Shown piece by piece: positions 12,601 to 26,935 of a stretch of DNA of 64,000 nucleotides (positions are counted from its first letter, which is position 1; each line of letters begins with the position of its first letter). The translations under genes and the position numbers were made by a program. The notes beneath the pieces are model-generated. The model was not told where the DNA came from and ran no database searches. It saw nothing but the letters and a program-made list of their open reading frames with translations. This DNA is from Felis catus. Its lineage: Eukaryota. The stretch is from NCBI RefSeq assembly GCF_018350175.1, contig NC_058382.1:56732001-56796000 (forward strand). The letters are read 5' to 3'.

Positions 12601-14585
12601 AATTCTCTGATTGTGAATCCATTTTTACAATTGAAAGTAAACAGTTAAAGTGGGGTGAACAACTGACGGTTTTATGTGTCATCCCTCAAGTGACGGGGGC
12701 CACGTTGTCTATTACTTTCGATAATGACAGGAGAAACATTGGAGCTTGCAATTTGAAAGGGTTTGGTGCTCATGAAACCCTCATCCATTCAAGTTCCTAC
12801 CACATTCTAGTTCCTTGGAATAGAGTCTGTTACATCCTTAATTAGGTATATGAAAAGTACATAATGAATAGCTACTCTGTGCTAGTCCCTGGGTGGAGTG
12901 CTGAGCAAAGTCAAGAACAAGATACCCAAAGTTTCTCCTATCATGGAGCTTAGATTCTAGTCTTCCCCATTACTTTTATCCATAGCTCTTTACCCTAAAG
13001 CCACAAGGTTAAAAGCTGCCCTGATGCCACAGGACAGCTCTCCCATACATAGAACCACAGACATACCCATCAAGTACAATCCACCTTCTCTCCATTCTCT
13101 TACAGTGTCCCCCCATGACACCCTCTACTCGGTGAATATGTTGCAATTTCTCTTTCTTATGATCCTTAGAAGTGAAAGGAGAATTACCCAGTGAAGTCGT
13201 ATCATAATGGACATTGGGTGGGTTGACCGTAGGTTTTGGCCAGGATCATTTGTTTGGAAGGAGTGGAAACTCAGTTCACCAATTCAGAGGGCAAAGATAC
13301 CAAGGGGCTTCTCAGCTCTCCAGGAAAAAGTAGATCACCCAGGCCTCAGCCTGGGACAGAAGTTGGCATGACTCCAGGAACCTCAGCGGTAGGCGTCCCC
13401 AGGCCTTCCTTCTACGTGCCCTTTAACATGGCTTGGCTACTTTCTCTGTGTCGGTGTCTTTTTGCCTTGCCTAACTCATTCAGTCTCTCGAAGTCTCCAT
13501 TCCAAAATCCCAAAAGGTAACTTAGATTGGGTCAGCCTGAAATATGTGTTGGTTCCTCTTTGGGGTGTGACCACCTCTGGCCCAGGAAGCTATGCCCCTG
13601 TAGCAAGAATTCATGTTCCATATGGTCGCCCCCTCCAGGGGCTGAGGGTTGAGCAGAAGGGAAGAGGTATGTGTAGCAAATTGGAACAAGCATGGAGTCT
13701 AATCATCTGAGATTTCATGCTATCGTTTTGAAAGGTCTGTTTCTGTTATTTACATGTCCTCTCAAAATTTCTGGGATTCCCAAATCAATAGATCATTTTT
13801 GGTTGACTGTTCTTTTCTTCTCTTGAAAAAAATCAGTTCAAGTTTGTCTCTCCCTCCATCAAAGGAACTTAGAGGCAGGGAAACAGTGCTACAAAGTAGA
13901 TCTCCACCCCCTCTGTGGGGGCTCAACATTTAAGTCAATAGCAACACGGAATAGGAAGAAAAACTACTAGCAGCTAGCATTTACTGAGTGTTTGCTAAGC
14001 TGTTGGCACTGTTCTAAGCACTCTACATATTTAAGTTGATTTATTTTCTACAGTGATCTTAGGCAAAATTAGGCGAAATTAGGCAAAATTGTTTCATCTC
14101 AACCAGCCTCTGTTTTCTCATTTGTAAAATGGTGGTAACACCTGATATACAAAGCAGTGATGAAATTTGAGAGATTATATGGCAAAATTTCTTACTAATG
14201 CATGGTATGTGCTGAATAAATGGTGCTTAGTGATTGCTGCAACAGTGCCATCAACTACAACAATGTTATACATCTCAATGACAATGCTGTTTTGTAGTTC
14301 TTTAAAAGAGACCATTGCTGTGCTTCTGATCAAACTATTTGAAGGCAGAGCACGAAGCTGAGGTGGGGATTCGGATATCCAAAGAGTAGGAGAGGGGGGA
14401 AAATAGTTAAAGTCATACACTGGAATCCAGGAGAGTTATAGTGCTAGGATCCCAGAATGCAGAATGCTGGGAAATCTGTGTGGACAGGCTATGGTCAGAA
14501 CCCTGGAGAGCTCACTGCAGAGCCCAAGTGCCTTCCGGTCTTGCTCTCAAAGGAATACAAAACTCCATTAAGAACCCAGGCCTTT

Positions 14586-14744
14586 GGGGTGCCTGGGTGG
14601 CTCAGTGAGTTAAACGTCCAACTTCAGCTCAGGTCATGATCTTGCAGTCTGTGAGTTCAAGCTCCACATTGGGATCTGTGCTGACAGCTTGGAGTCTGGA
14701 GCCTGCTTGGGATTCTGTATCTGCCTCTCACTGCCCCTCCCCTT

Positions 14745-14785
<41 letters not shown>

Positions 14786-14828
14786 AATAAATCTTAAAAA
14801 ACAACTTAAAAACAGGAAGAAGGAGTAG
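14586..14828 (+). mobile_element. CAN-SINE
   Basis: ggggtgcctgggtggctcag head and long (CT)n; TSD aagaaccca(g/a)gcctt. Confidence 0.92.
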
Positions 14829-14842
14829 AAGAACCCAAGCCT

Positions 14843-15230
14843 TGCTATGGCCAATGCCAGAGAGATTAGTGGACAGTGTTCTCTTCTAAGATCTTTATGG
14901 TTCCAAGTCTCACGGTGAGGTCTTTAATCCATTCTGAGTTTGTTTTTGTGTATGGTGTGAGAAAGTGGTCCAGTTTCCTTCTTTTGCATGTGGCTGGCCA
15001 GTTTTCCCGGCACCATTTACTGAAGAGACTGTCTTCCCCCCATTTTAGATTCATGCCTTCTTCGCCTTATTAACCCATATGATCTGGGTTCATTTCTGGG
15101 CTGTCCTGTTCCATTGATCAATGTGTCTGTTCTTGTGACAGTACCACACTGTTTTGATGACTATAGCTTTGTAGTGTATCTTGAAATCTGGAATTATGAC
15201 ACCTCCAGCTTTGTTTCTTTTCTCAAGATT
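14843..15230 (-). mobile_element. L1 ORF2 C-terminal fragment (inverted segment)
   Basis: Minus-strand translation [55 protein letters not shown] is a hallmark L1 ORF2p segment. Confidence 0.92.
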
Positions 15231-15374
15231 ATGTTCTAATGGCGATATATGGTGGCAGATGGTAGCTACCCTCGTGGTGAATATAGCATGATGTATAAAC
15301 TTGTTGAATCATTAGGTTGTTCACCTGAAAATGATGTAACATGGTATGTCAACTGTACCGAAAAAAAAAAAAAA
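15231..15374 (+). mobile_element. L1 3'UTR end (carnivore/L1MA9-like) with poly(A)
   Basis: tatggtggcagatggtagctac...cacctgaaaatgatgtaacatggtatgtcaactgtac followed by A14. Confidence 0.8.
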
Positions 15375-16228
15375 CAGCCTTGTAAAGGGTCTAGTCTTTT
15401 GCTTTATGGGGAGGTTCTAGTGACAGTAGAATTCTAGGTGCTGAAAGGATAGTTCAGAGCTAGTCTTCTGATCCAGAGAGGGAATTGGAATTCCTGATTA
15501 GACCAGAGGGGCCTTAGGGATCCTTGTCAGGACATGAGGACATTTCATCTTTCCCTCCCTGGAGACTTCAGCTCTAGTAACACACAACTAGCGCACACAC
15601 ACACACACACACACAAGAATAGCCAACAACACTGATTTCTCATGTAACCAGAGTAAGTAAGAGGCAAGTATCTTAGGCTCAGGAGAAACACCGGGTTACA
15701 TTTGGGTTCTAAATAATATTAGATATTTAACATCTATCTGCCTATTTCATGAAACATTGGTGGCCATACATAAAATTACACGAGTAAGAAGAAGCTCATG
15801 AAAATGAACAATCCTGCAGATGTAAAACTTCGAATAAAACATAGCTTGGTTAAATGGATTGTCTTTTCTCTTAACGAACCTTCACGGGATGTAGGCTGGG
15901 TGAAGAGTTTCTCTGAAGTCTGTGTGCTAACTCCCACCTGGAGTGTTGCTGCCTATTTTGGGCAGAAGAGTCTTAGGAAAAAAAGTAATCTTGAAGGGAG
16001 GAGAATGTCAAGTAACAAATTACGTTTGTACTGCAATAGAAGGAATACCAGACGCCAACTTGTGTCTGAAAACATAGCTGGGAGTGCTATGCTCCTGTTA
16101 GAAATCGTGTATGCCTGTATCTTCCTTTTCTTACAAGCCGTATCACCCAGTGGATCCTAATCATGTGGAAAAGCATCATTAAATTATGATTATGTGCAGT
16201 ATTACTAATTTTGAGATAATGGTTATTC

Positions 16229-16420
16229 TTTTTTAAATGTTTGTTTATTTTTGAAAGAGAGAGAGCAGGGGAGGGGCAGAGAGAGAGGGGGGACAGAGGA
16301 CCTGAAGCAGGCTCTCTGCTCACAGCAGAGACACTGATGCAGGGCTCAAACTCACGAACTGTGAGACCATGATCTGAGGCGAAGTCAGACACTTAACTGA
16401 CTGAGCCATCCAGGTGCCCC
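16229..16420 (-). mobile_element. CAN-SINE
   Basis: Reverse head ...gagccatccaggtgcccc; TSD taat(g/a)gttattcttt. Confidence 0.92.
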
Positions 16421-19400
16421 AAGGTAATAGTTATTCTTTAGGGGATGTGAGAGTCATGGAACCAGGGTGGACTCCTGGTAGGGACAGTGACTTTCTTCAT
16501 TGCAAACTCAATGCAGCTGGAGGAAAAAAAGAAACGGTTTTGAAGCTATATTTTTCTATCTTGGAAAAAAAAAAAACCTGAATTTAAAGTGCTGTTCAGA
16601 GGGGAAAAGGGACTGTGAACAAATGCATTAATTCGATTTTAGATGTTCACTTTTTTACTATCAAACCCACTCATTGGTTAAGCTGATGTTTGTTGGGGAG
16701 GGGGGGAGGTGACGGCCATCCCATCTCTCCTGATAATCAATGTGCTTCAATCACAAAGATCGATGGAAACCGTACACATTCTTCTGTGAATCCTCTCGAC
16801 TGATGTGTGGGTTTCCTCTAGAAACGACTGCTTGTAGGAAGCACCCTGCAAAACCCCAGGGATGCAAACTCGGACCTAGTCCGCGATTTCAAGGAGTTCA
16901 ACATCTAGTGGGGGAGGGGCAGGTAAACACATGGTTGTGGAACAGTGTCTAAGTGTTGTAGCCGTAAAGCATTGGCCTGAAGCCGGATTGGGGGCATGAG
17001 GAGGGGAAGAGGTCTTGGGGAAAGCAACATTTGGGCTGAGCCTTAACTTGAATGGCAGAGATGTGGAAATATTGCCTGACGCTTTCAGGGAACTCTGCAT
17101 AAGGCAGAGAGAAGAGCATGGGGATGTGGGGAGGGAGGGCAGCCCTTCCCTGGCTCTCCTGTTCTCGTGTCCCACTGGGAATGCTGTGAGCCGTTCTTTC
17201 CAGTGAGAGCTTGTCTCAGGTAGAGACAGGATAGACACCACACAGGGCCACCATGACAGAGGGAGTCTCTTGCTTTTTCTGTCACTTCTCCGTGTCTTTG
17301 AGTCTCTGCCTGCATCACTCCTGTGCCCTGAACCTGTCAAGTGTCTAGGTATTCTTGCATGTTTACTGCTCATCAACACTCTTCAGGCCCTGTGATCCTT
17401 CTCAGACCCTTGGCCTCCAGAGAAGCAGGTCAAAGCTGGCCCAAGGATCTTTCATTTCTGGCTAAAACTGACCTCCTCAAAGTACCCCAGACTCCCACTG
17501 GACACAATCCATGGGATTTCTTGAGCCCTCATCTCTGCCGTAGACACATTCTACTCTTTGAGCCACAATAACCCTGATCTCACATCCCTCCCAGGGCTTC
17601 CCATCCCTCCTCTGTTGCTCTTTTTCTTTCTTGCCTGTAGAGCTTTTCTGGAGGACTGATGACCAAGCCCTTTCTCCACCCAGGAGTGCTTCTTTGTCAC
17701 GAGTGATTCCGCTTCTTGAGGACATTTGGTGACGTTTAATTCATCTCCTGTTCTCTTGGAGCTTGGATGAATGCTCCTTCCCCGAGAGGAAGGACAAGGC
17801 AGTGACATATCTGAGAAATGCAATCTTTATGTGGCGGGTGAGGGTAATGGATTTTTACTTCCTTTCTTACACTTTTCTCTGGCTGCATGAGGATCTCTGG
17901 GCATTCTCCCTCCTCTTCCCTGCTTCCAGCTGATTTATTCTTTCCCAGATTATGACTTTTCTTTTTCATTTACGTCATCTGATTTTTCTTCTTTCAGTAT
18001 CCAGTTCTCATTCTGTAGCTTTTGCACCGTATCTACCACATGGCATTCAAGACGGGGGCTGGACTGACTTTTTAAGCATGCGTGAGAAGCTCTTCAGGGC
18101 TAGAAAATTGAGTTCATCCCTCTCCCGAGTTGGACTATGGGAATTCAGGTTCCATAAACATGGGTGTCCTAAAAGGTGTGGGTCTTTTGGCCTGACGGAA
18201 TCAAGATGTCATTACCATTTCTGGAGGAAATCCCTAATGCCCGATTTCCCACTCCTCTGTTTATACTTCTTAACATGCACGCTTTGTTGAGAAAGGAGAG
18301 AATTTTCTTCCCCTTTCCTCAACTTGTACCTCGGTGCATATAGCCTGTCTCCCACCTGGAACGGGGCGGCCAGCTGGGATGGGGGCTTCTGCCCCTCTCT
18401 GAACCCTTTATTCATTCTCTTTATAGGAAAGCAAGTTGCTAAATGATTGTAAGAGTCCAGAACATCCTTTGGGCCGTGTTTACTGGTAGATAACATCTCT
18501 GCACCTCAAAAGCAGTACACCAGCTCCATTTTTCCATCTCCACTTTCTCCAGCCAGGTACAGCAGGCCCTCTGTGCCTTCTGCTCCTGGGATCTGTCCAT
18601 GCCCCTACCCAGGAAAGGGATTTGCCCTCATAGTCCTGTGTACTCAGGCAGGACATAGGATCTTGTGAAGTCCTGATATCCGGTTTACTTTATAATAGCA
18701 CTCTGCCCCCCCCCCCCCGATATTAATAATCTAGTTCTTTGTTTCTCATCTGGCTGGTGTTCCTGGCCTGTCACCTTCAGAGGCCGAATCTCGTGGGAGG
18801 GCAGGAACCTCAAGACCACAAAAGCCCTGTTCCCTCCCCTCTCATCTCACGATGCCCCATCTCCTTCCCTTCCTCTCTCTATTCCTCCATATTCATTCCT
18901 TCCCTAGGGACCTGACACCTGCAGTTCTCCACATCCAGGCCATTCTAGGATCTGAGCTTCACCTTGAGGGCCCACGGCTTTCCCGCTTACCAGCCAGCCA
19001 GCCCCTGTCTGTCCTGCCAAACTCAGACTCAGCCTCCCTCCCTCCCTCCGGGAGATCTCTGACTTCCCAGGCTGGCTGAGCTGCCCCTTGTCTGTGATTC
19101 CCTGATGCCCAACCCGTCTCATCCACATCTTGTCTCCTTGATCTCTGAACCCACTGACCCAGCCTCCCCCTCCCCTATAGTTGGTAAGCCCGTCGAAGGA
19201 AACACTGTATCCGTTTAGCTTAGTATCCCCAGTATGCGGCCGCTCCAAGAACCCATAAAGTCATGAGGCCCTACATCAGACGTTAACGTGTGCCCCTTTC
19301 ATGCAGAGCACACGTGTTACCTAGAAAACACCTGAACATATAAGGCGCCGCCCGGGAAACTAGGCACAGAAGGAGTTGTTTGCAGAAGGCTTAGCTTTGT

Positions 19401-22400
19401 AAATGCAGTGCTGGTGCCTTTTAAGATTTCTAAGGCAGAACCACGCACTTCTTTAGATGCACAATCAACAACAACAAGATGAAAATGTCTAAACACAAGT
19501 TGTCATTCCGTAAACTCTGCTGCCTCCAGCTGCAACCAAAGCCAGTGGGGCTGCCCACTTTTGCCCTGGGGAAGCATCGCCTGCACATCCTGTGTCTTCG
19601 CCCCCGAAGCCCAGCTCACGGGCAGGCAGTAGGCTTATCGACAGCCCAGTTCGCAGAGCTCCATGTCGTAATCAGAGCCCCTTCTCCCCACAAGCTCCTT
19701 CTAAAGGCACTGCGTTGGTCTGCACGCAGGTGCCTGTGGAGCAAAATGAAACTCCTCCCGAAACAAAAGGGAAAAGGCCAATCCGGTGCAAAATCCGTGT
19801 GCGTCTCAGAGGCTGTTGCAATGAAAAATGAAGCCAGGAGTTTGGCCTTTAAAAATATTAATTTCTTGTAAAGATGAACTAGAGGCTGGTAGAAAATTCC
19901 CTTGTCTCCAGGAGGTGCAAACAGGAGCAAATTCTGAGCCTTCGTCCTGGCCACGTGGGTATTTCCAAACCTGGCGAACACGCGTCTGTTTCATCTATGA
20001 GGTTTCCAAGCCTAATGAATGTCCGTGCGTGTCGTGGAGTTATCATTGAATCTTCTCTCCTCTTCTGAGTGTAGCTGATCGGGTTCAGTCATATGCTTTG
20101 GCCTTATTATGGTTTTAGGGAGTGATGATTAACCCAGGGGAAGCACATCTGGCCAAGTTCTGACAGGGACGGGGATTCAGGCTCAGCCAAGGGTGCCAGC
20201 AATCAATGAATGGACACTTCATTGCCAGTAGATGGGAAGGACTCAGAAGTCACTGGGAAATAAACACGTTCTGCTAACATTTGCCCGTCAAACTTAAGGA
20301 GATGATGTCTGTTTCAATAGGTGTCTTTTCAAGCAGTTATAAAGGGTCCTCACTCTTCCTTTACTCCCCCACACGCCGTCTGTGTTTTAGAATCTTCTCC
20401 TGGCCTGCCCTCAAGGACTGTGTTCTCTCTGTGCCCCTCATTCTTTGCCTGGACCAATGCAGAGTCTCGTAACTGCCTCTGTGTGCTCCCGACTCCAACT
20501 TCCTCCCGCTGCTCCAGAACACGCTCCTTTCTAAGACACCTACAGCTGCTTAAAAATACCGATGGCTGTATCTCGCCTAGTGTGTCCGCTCCAAATTCTT
20601 CATCATCTGGTCCCAGGCCAGCCCTCCAGCGTCCTCTCCTATCCCTCCTTCGGTGCCCTCTAGATTCTGGGCAAATATGTTCTACAAACACACCAGGCCC
20701 TTTTCTGCCCTCTGTCCTTGGTACCTGCTCTCCCTTTAGTCTGTGTGCCTTTCTCTCCCTCATCCAGCTGAGGAACTCCTACACATCCACGTGGACCCAG
20801 CTAACATGCCCCGCCAAGCCTTCCCTGCCTCTTCCCAGTGCAATGAGCTCCACCGGTCTCCACCGTAATGCCAGCACGCTGAGCGTGGTCTGTCAGCCAA
20901 CTGACCAACTGTCCCTGTCAGCCAGGCTGCGCAGAACCATCTGTGACAGTTAAGTGTGTCCTCTTTCCCAGCGACTAACTTGAGGCAAGTTGCGAGGGAT
21001 GATGGGTGTGAATTCGATGCTGTTCTTTCTCTGCAGATGATGCTTAAAAGATACTTGGATGAATGAAATAATTTATGTTTAGCCAACAAACTTCTGTTCC
21101 ACTTTTCCCAAAAGCCCCATTCCCAAATCTTATGCGGTTCAAAGGAGAATTGTCTAGATTCTCGACCGTCTTCTCCCTGAGATGATAGGCTATCCTCAGT
21201 CATGCACACAAGCTTGCAGATGTCCGAGTGTCTGGCTTCCTGCCCGTCTGTCTGTCTGCAGAAACCAGTGGTTCCGAACTCATCACCCATTCCCTTTCTC
21301 TGGCTCAAGTTCCTGGGTATATGTGGCTTGAATTTTCTTATAAAAGGTACCCGTGCGTGGAGAGAAGTTCCATCCTGTGGCCAGAACGTGAAGCTAAGGA
21401 CCCTGGCCACGAAAGGCCCTTGCTCACACCGTCAGTTCCATTAGCACGGGTCCAGCATCATGGATGCCAGACAGTCTCCACTTCCCTCGGTGGCCACAAA
21501 ACTACCGGGAGGCCCAGCAGAAGAGGCCCCTGGAGTCCCTTCTGTCTGTCCATCCACTCTGTAAGCTCTCCCACCCCCTCCTCTGCCTCCCCGGGTTCCT
21601 CTGCAGTGACATTTATGTCGGTGGCCTGCCACCCTGTCTCTCCTGGGAGGCAATACCCTCTTCTGCCATGAAAGCACACATTTCCTGAGTCCTGACCATG
21701 TCCCAGCACAGCCAGGTCGTGGGGACAAAGCTGAGGACAGTCTGCTTCCTGCCCTCACAGCTCCCATGGACAGTGAGGGGAGAGCTCACCCCTGCAGAGT
21801 GGCCACTGCTGGGAGAACTGAGAGCCACTTTGTGAGGTAACTGGGAGCGTGGCTGCAGAGCTCAGCGGCAGGAGGCAAAGTCCAGCCTAGACTTCAGAAG
21901 TTTCTCTTTGTTCTTTTGCCACAACCATCTGACCCCCACCCAGCGGCTGGCGACCCACGCGGAAGTTTCGAAAACACAGAAGCTGCATCCTCGGCCAGCA
22001 CGAGGGAACCTCCCGTCAAACCAGGATACATCCTGTTGGCACATACACGTTCCCACAAACAGCATGTAAAATAGTCCTTTCCACTTTCTGTAATTACCAA
22101 AATGTTTGGAAGTAATTCCCGGTGGGAGTCATCCCCCAATTTGCTCAGTGTGGGTTTTCTATATCATTTTGCAATTGAGAAAGCGACCTAAAAGTTCTAC
22201 CTGTAAAGGAATTAAGAGAGAAAATTATCACTCCCCAGCAGCTCACACAGGCTCCAATGAAGGGGCAGTGAGACGTGCCTGCAGACAAAAGCAAGATCGA
22301 CAACCGCGTACCGCGAGGGCGGGGGGCAACCAGCCTTCTTTTCATCCCCCTTACTTGGCGCTGGTCCAGGTTTTCATTCCTGTTTTTAAAAACGTCGGGC

Positions 22401-22879
22401 CTTTAAAGCAATACATATTGATCACCTCGGTGAGCTGTACATGGAATTAGACTAATAATCTAAAGTTAAGCAAATCTGAAAGAACGATCGTGGCAGTGAG
22501 ATAGCAGACCCTGAGTTAGTACTTCAAGGTAATGCTGAGCACATGCCTTTACCCTAGAAGAAAACCAAGAAATATTGGGTCTGGCGGTCCCTAACGTGAG
22601 GCTGGCATCTGCCAGGAGAAACCGCCATAACCCATCTGCCTGGTTCCAGACGAGGAAGCAGGTAAAGTTCGCTGGCCCTGCTTATGTCTCAGTTTTGACC
22701 CATCCTTAAATCAGCCTCTGTCTTGTCCTCGGACCTGCTTTATCTTTTCATCCTGACCCCACGGGTGCTGTCACTGGGGTGTGAGACCCATGGACCCGTG
22801 TCCCTGAACCGGAAGCTGCCGGCCACATCGCCCCTTGCTCCCCCCGCTCACCACACGGAATGCACACGCGGGTTACAGA

Positions 22880-23060
22880 GCTGAACTGGGCGCAGATCCT
22901 CATGCTGTCACTACCATCTGGAGTAACTGGGAGAAGTCCTGTCGCGTTCCCGAGCCTCAGTTTTCTCATCTGCAAGATGGGTGTGCGTGGCGGTGATATC
23001 CACATCACAGGACGCAGTGAGGGTCAAGTGGGAAAATATCCAGGCAATTCACAAAGGCTG
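22880..23060 (+). mobile_element. MIR fragment
   Basis: MIR core gagcctcagttttctcatctgcaagatggg. Confidence 0.6.
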
Positions 23061-24281
23061 GCAGATCTTCAGTGATCATTAAATGTGATCTGTGTTCGTA
23101 ATCATCGTCACTACCCTAATTGGAAACTTGGCCCTTTTTCTCTTTCATTTCCTAAAATGTTCTTGCATTCGTCTCCTGCTATCTCCCTCCTGAGCCACGC
23201 CATCTCACCCAGATGGACACAGTCTCTGTCTGCCTCATCTCTTAAGCCCCCAGTGCCAAGCACAGGGCCTGGCACCTCACACGACCTCAATAAATCCCCG
23301 TCCCGTTGAACTTAATAATGTTCTGACCGTAGCTCGTCCCCCGGGTTCTCCCAGGACACGGGCAGAGGAATCGCCAAACGTGTCATTCTTGATTTGGAAG
23401 AATTTGTAACAGACCCAAAATACACTTTGGGAATTCAAACCCTACATCACTTCCCCTATAAATTTCAGTAATCATTTCTGTTTAGTTTGTTTTAAGGATT
23501 TGATGCATTTAAAGTTTAAATGTGGGAAAGATATGCCTTTTCCCCTTGTTTTATTTTCCAGCACTATGACCAATGAGGCAAAGAATCCAAACTCATTAAG
23601 TTTCACACATAAAGAACTGAAGTGTATGCACTGCTCACAGAAACTGCGGGCTGAATGATGAAGCTCTCTTTTTAGGCCTTGAATATGTTGACACACTCTA
23701 TATTTTTCATCCACAGAACGTAGCGTGAGCACCGTCTTGCACCACATAACATTAATATTATTTTTATGACTGCACAATGCAGTGACACGTTGCTGAGCTG
23801 CTGAGAAATTCGAAGAATAAAAAAGATTTAGACACTGAAAGAACCTTGAATCACTGAATTTGGAGAGGTAGAGAAGGCTGGAGTACGTCTGGGAGCTGAT
23901 TACATGGCTTCCATCAACATACTTATTTCTTAAATGGCTTGGACCCTTGGCTTGAGTGCCAGTGGGTGTGGCTCAGCTCAGCGTGGTCAGAATTTAGTAG
24001 GTCAGGACGTGCATGCGTTCAGCGAAAGGCCCAGGCCAACCATCTGTCAGCGCGCAGATGACCGTTGAACGGGTGGAAGGGAAGGAAATCGCTGCAGGAA
24101 GAAGACTGTGATGTCCGCACTCTCGCTGCCCCTTCCTGCCCCATGCTAGACATCACTAATCAATTGCGGCACTCTCGCCTTTTGAGTCCAGATTCAGTCT
24201 CAGGATCCGGCTCTACACAGAGCCTGGTGCACAGTTGTCTCCTTCACCCGATTTGCCATATAAAGAGAAACCCATCTAATG

Positions 24282-24459
24282 TTCTTTTGTTTTTAATGTT
24301 TATTTATTTTGGGAGAAAGAGGGGGAGGCAGAGAGAGGATCTGAAGCATGCTCTGCACCGATACCAGGGAGCCTGATGCGGGGCTCGAACTCACGAGCTG
24401 TGAGATCATGACCTGAGCCAAAGTCAGAAGCTTAACCAACTGAGCCACCCAGTGTCCCC
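24282..24459 (-). mobile_element. CAN-SINE
   Basis: ggggctcgaactcacgagctgtgagatcatgacctgagcc...gagccaccc. Confidence 0.9.
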
Positions 24460-24504
24460 ACAACACACTCCTTGAAAGGCAAAAAGACCAGGTTTTTTAA
24501 TTAC

Positions 24505-24930
24505 TGTCGTGGTTTGTCAACTCAACCCCCTCCTTTGCTTGGTCAACTGTGTATGACTGCTCTGAGGTCAGACAAGGGCTCCCATCTTGACCTCACCATC
24601 TCCCAGCCACGGGATCACCAGCCTTGTATCCCCAGTGTCCTCATCTGGGTGTTGGAGGCCTCATTTGGTGTCTGTGATTCATGGCGGGTCTTGACATACA
24701 CGTGCCCGCTCCCCCTTCCCCACCTCAGTGGTAGCTTCCCAAACCATGACCAAGGCATGTCAGGCCCTGAGAAGAAGCCGAGGTACCTGCTCCCCAGGGA
24801 AACAACATACACGGAACCATAATTTCACATACAACTGGGGTCAGATGCACCCCTGGGATATCCATGAATGCCAGCTATAAAACCCCAACCTCTGAAGAGT
24901 AGTTTTTAAAGAGCTCGATTTGCACACCTC
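24505..24930 (+). mobile_element. Putative ERV LTR fragment
   Basis: Begins TG; LTR-like TATA context gctataaaacccc near 24875; cut off by an L1 fragment. Family not identified. Confidence 0.35.
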
Positions 24931-25440
24931 CTTCAAAAGAAAAAAAAAAAAAAAAGACAAAGACACATAATATGATCCTGAAATTCCACTCCAAAGTATG
25001 TGCACAAGAGAAATGCAAACACAGGTCCACACAAAAACTTGTACATGAATGTTCATAGCAGCATTATTAGGATAGTCAAAAAATAGAAGAAAACCAACGT
25101 CCGTCTACTGATGGATGGGTAAGCACGATGGGGTGCGTCCATACAGCAGAAAGCCATTCGGCCATAAAATGAAGTAGCATAAGGCAAGAAACGTCTGCCA
25201 CCATAAGCCGCCCAGGTTGTGGCACCTTGTACCAGCCACAGAAGACTTCTGCAAGGCAACTGCTGACGAGTACGGCTTCCTCCCTGGGGTGATGAAAATG
25301 ACCTAAAATCGATTGTGGTGATGGTTGCCCAACTTCGTAAACGTACCAAAACCCACGGAACCTGCCACGTTAAGCGAGTGGATTGAATTGTGTGGTATGT
25401 GAATTATATCTCAGTAAAGCTGTTACCGGAAAAACCAAAA
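24930..25440 (+). mobile_element. Old L1M (L1MB/MC-like) 3' end
   Basis: atatgatcctgaaattccactcc...cacacaaaaacttgtacatgaatgttcatagcagcattatt...tatgtgaattatatctcagtaaagct. Confidence 0.8.
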
Positions 25441-25969
25441 ACATGCCCACCACACTACAGCCAGAATGATCTTACCGCGTCAGCCTCCTCCTTAAAACGC
25501 CCCCGTGGAAGTCCTGTTTCTCTCAGGAGACCAACCCAGGTCTCTCCGTGGGTCTGCCAGGCTGGTGTGGCCTGGCCCGCCTCTGTTAACCCCTTCTCAC
25601 ACCACGCTCCCTCCCCCTCCTCCCCTCCAGCTGCATGGGCGCTCCTGTTCCTCACGCACTCCTGCCACAGGACCCTTGCAATGCTGTTTTCAGCCTGGAA
25701 CATCCTTTCCTCCCATACCATCCCATTACCCTAATTATCTCCTGATCTTCCTTCAGATTCAGCTTTTCACCTCAACCATCAATTCCTTGAGAAGCCTCCC
25801 TCACCTCTGAGAGAAGCCCACCTTCTTGGAGAGACTTTCACAGCACCCTCAGCCTTTCCTTCATCTCTCGTTCTATGGGTAGAACATAGCAGAAATGTGT
25901 ATGATTGACATCTGATGTTTTACTCGCCCTTGGCGCCCCAGCTACGAGCACACAGTAGGCACGTTGAAG

Positions 25970-26935
25970 TATTCTTTGTTGAGATGAAATTCACATAACA
26001 TACAACTGTCTTAAAGCGAACAGTTCATCGGGATTCAGTACGCTCCTGGTATTGGGCAACAGCCACCTCTGTCTCGTTCCAAACATTTCCATTATCCCAA
26101 GGGAACGAAAGTGAAAAGATTCACAGACCCATTAAGCAATCTCTCCCCACGCTCTCCTCCCCCAACTCCTGGCAGTCCCCAGTCTGCCTTCTGTCTCTGT
26201 GGATCTATCTGTTCCGGACAGTTCCTATAAAGGGAACCATACAATACGTGACACGTTGTGTCTAGCTTCTTTTTCTCAGCCTAGAGTTTTCATGGTTCAC
26301 TCACAGGGTAGCCTGATTGATATTTCATTCTCTCTGCGGCTAAACAATATTCCATCGACGAATATACCACATTGTGTTTATCCGTTCATTCAGGGATGGA
26401 CATTTGGGTTCTTCTCCCTTCGTGGCTATTGTGAGCGTTTTATGTGCATGTGTATCTTTGAGAACCTGTTTTCAATACTTTGAGTACCTACCCAGTAGTG
26501 GAATTTCTGGGTCGTACAGTAAGTTCTATGTTTACCCTTTTCAGGAACTGCCAGACTTCCACAGTGGCCGCACCGTAGTACGTTCCCACCAGCAATCCAC
26601 CTGAGGTTTTCAATTCCTCCATATCACTCTCGCCAACGCTAATTTTCCTCTTTTTTTTAAATTAAAGCCATCCTACTGGGTGTGAAGCAGCCCCTTCTCG
26701 TGGCTTTGATCTGCATTTCCCTAATGATTGTTGCTATTCTGCTTTTCTCGTACTCATGGGCCATTTGTATATCTTCTTGCCAGGAGTATCTATTCCAGTC
26801 CTTTGCCTGTCCTTCAATTCGACGGTGTGTCTTTGGTTGTTGAGTTGTAAGTGCTCTTTATATATCCGGGATCGTACACGCTTATCAGACACACGGTTTG
26901 CCAATATCTCCTCCCATTCTGTAGGTTATCTCTGG
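25970..26935 (-). mobile_element. Old L1M 3' end/ORF2 end, antisense
   Basis: gagatgaaattcacataacat...gatggacatttggg...cattctgtaggtt, typical antisense L1MA/MB sequence. Confidence 0.82.

Noticed and set aside
14059..14090. (ttaggcaaaa)x3 telomere-like repeat
   Set aside because: A 10-bp micro-tandem within MIR-like sequence, not TTAGGG.
20321..21410. 210-aa (+) and 216-aa (-) ORFs
   Set aside because: Low-complexity S/P/L-rich translations overlapping L2-like sequence; no recognisable domain or splice structure.
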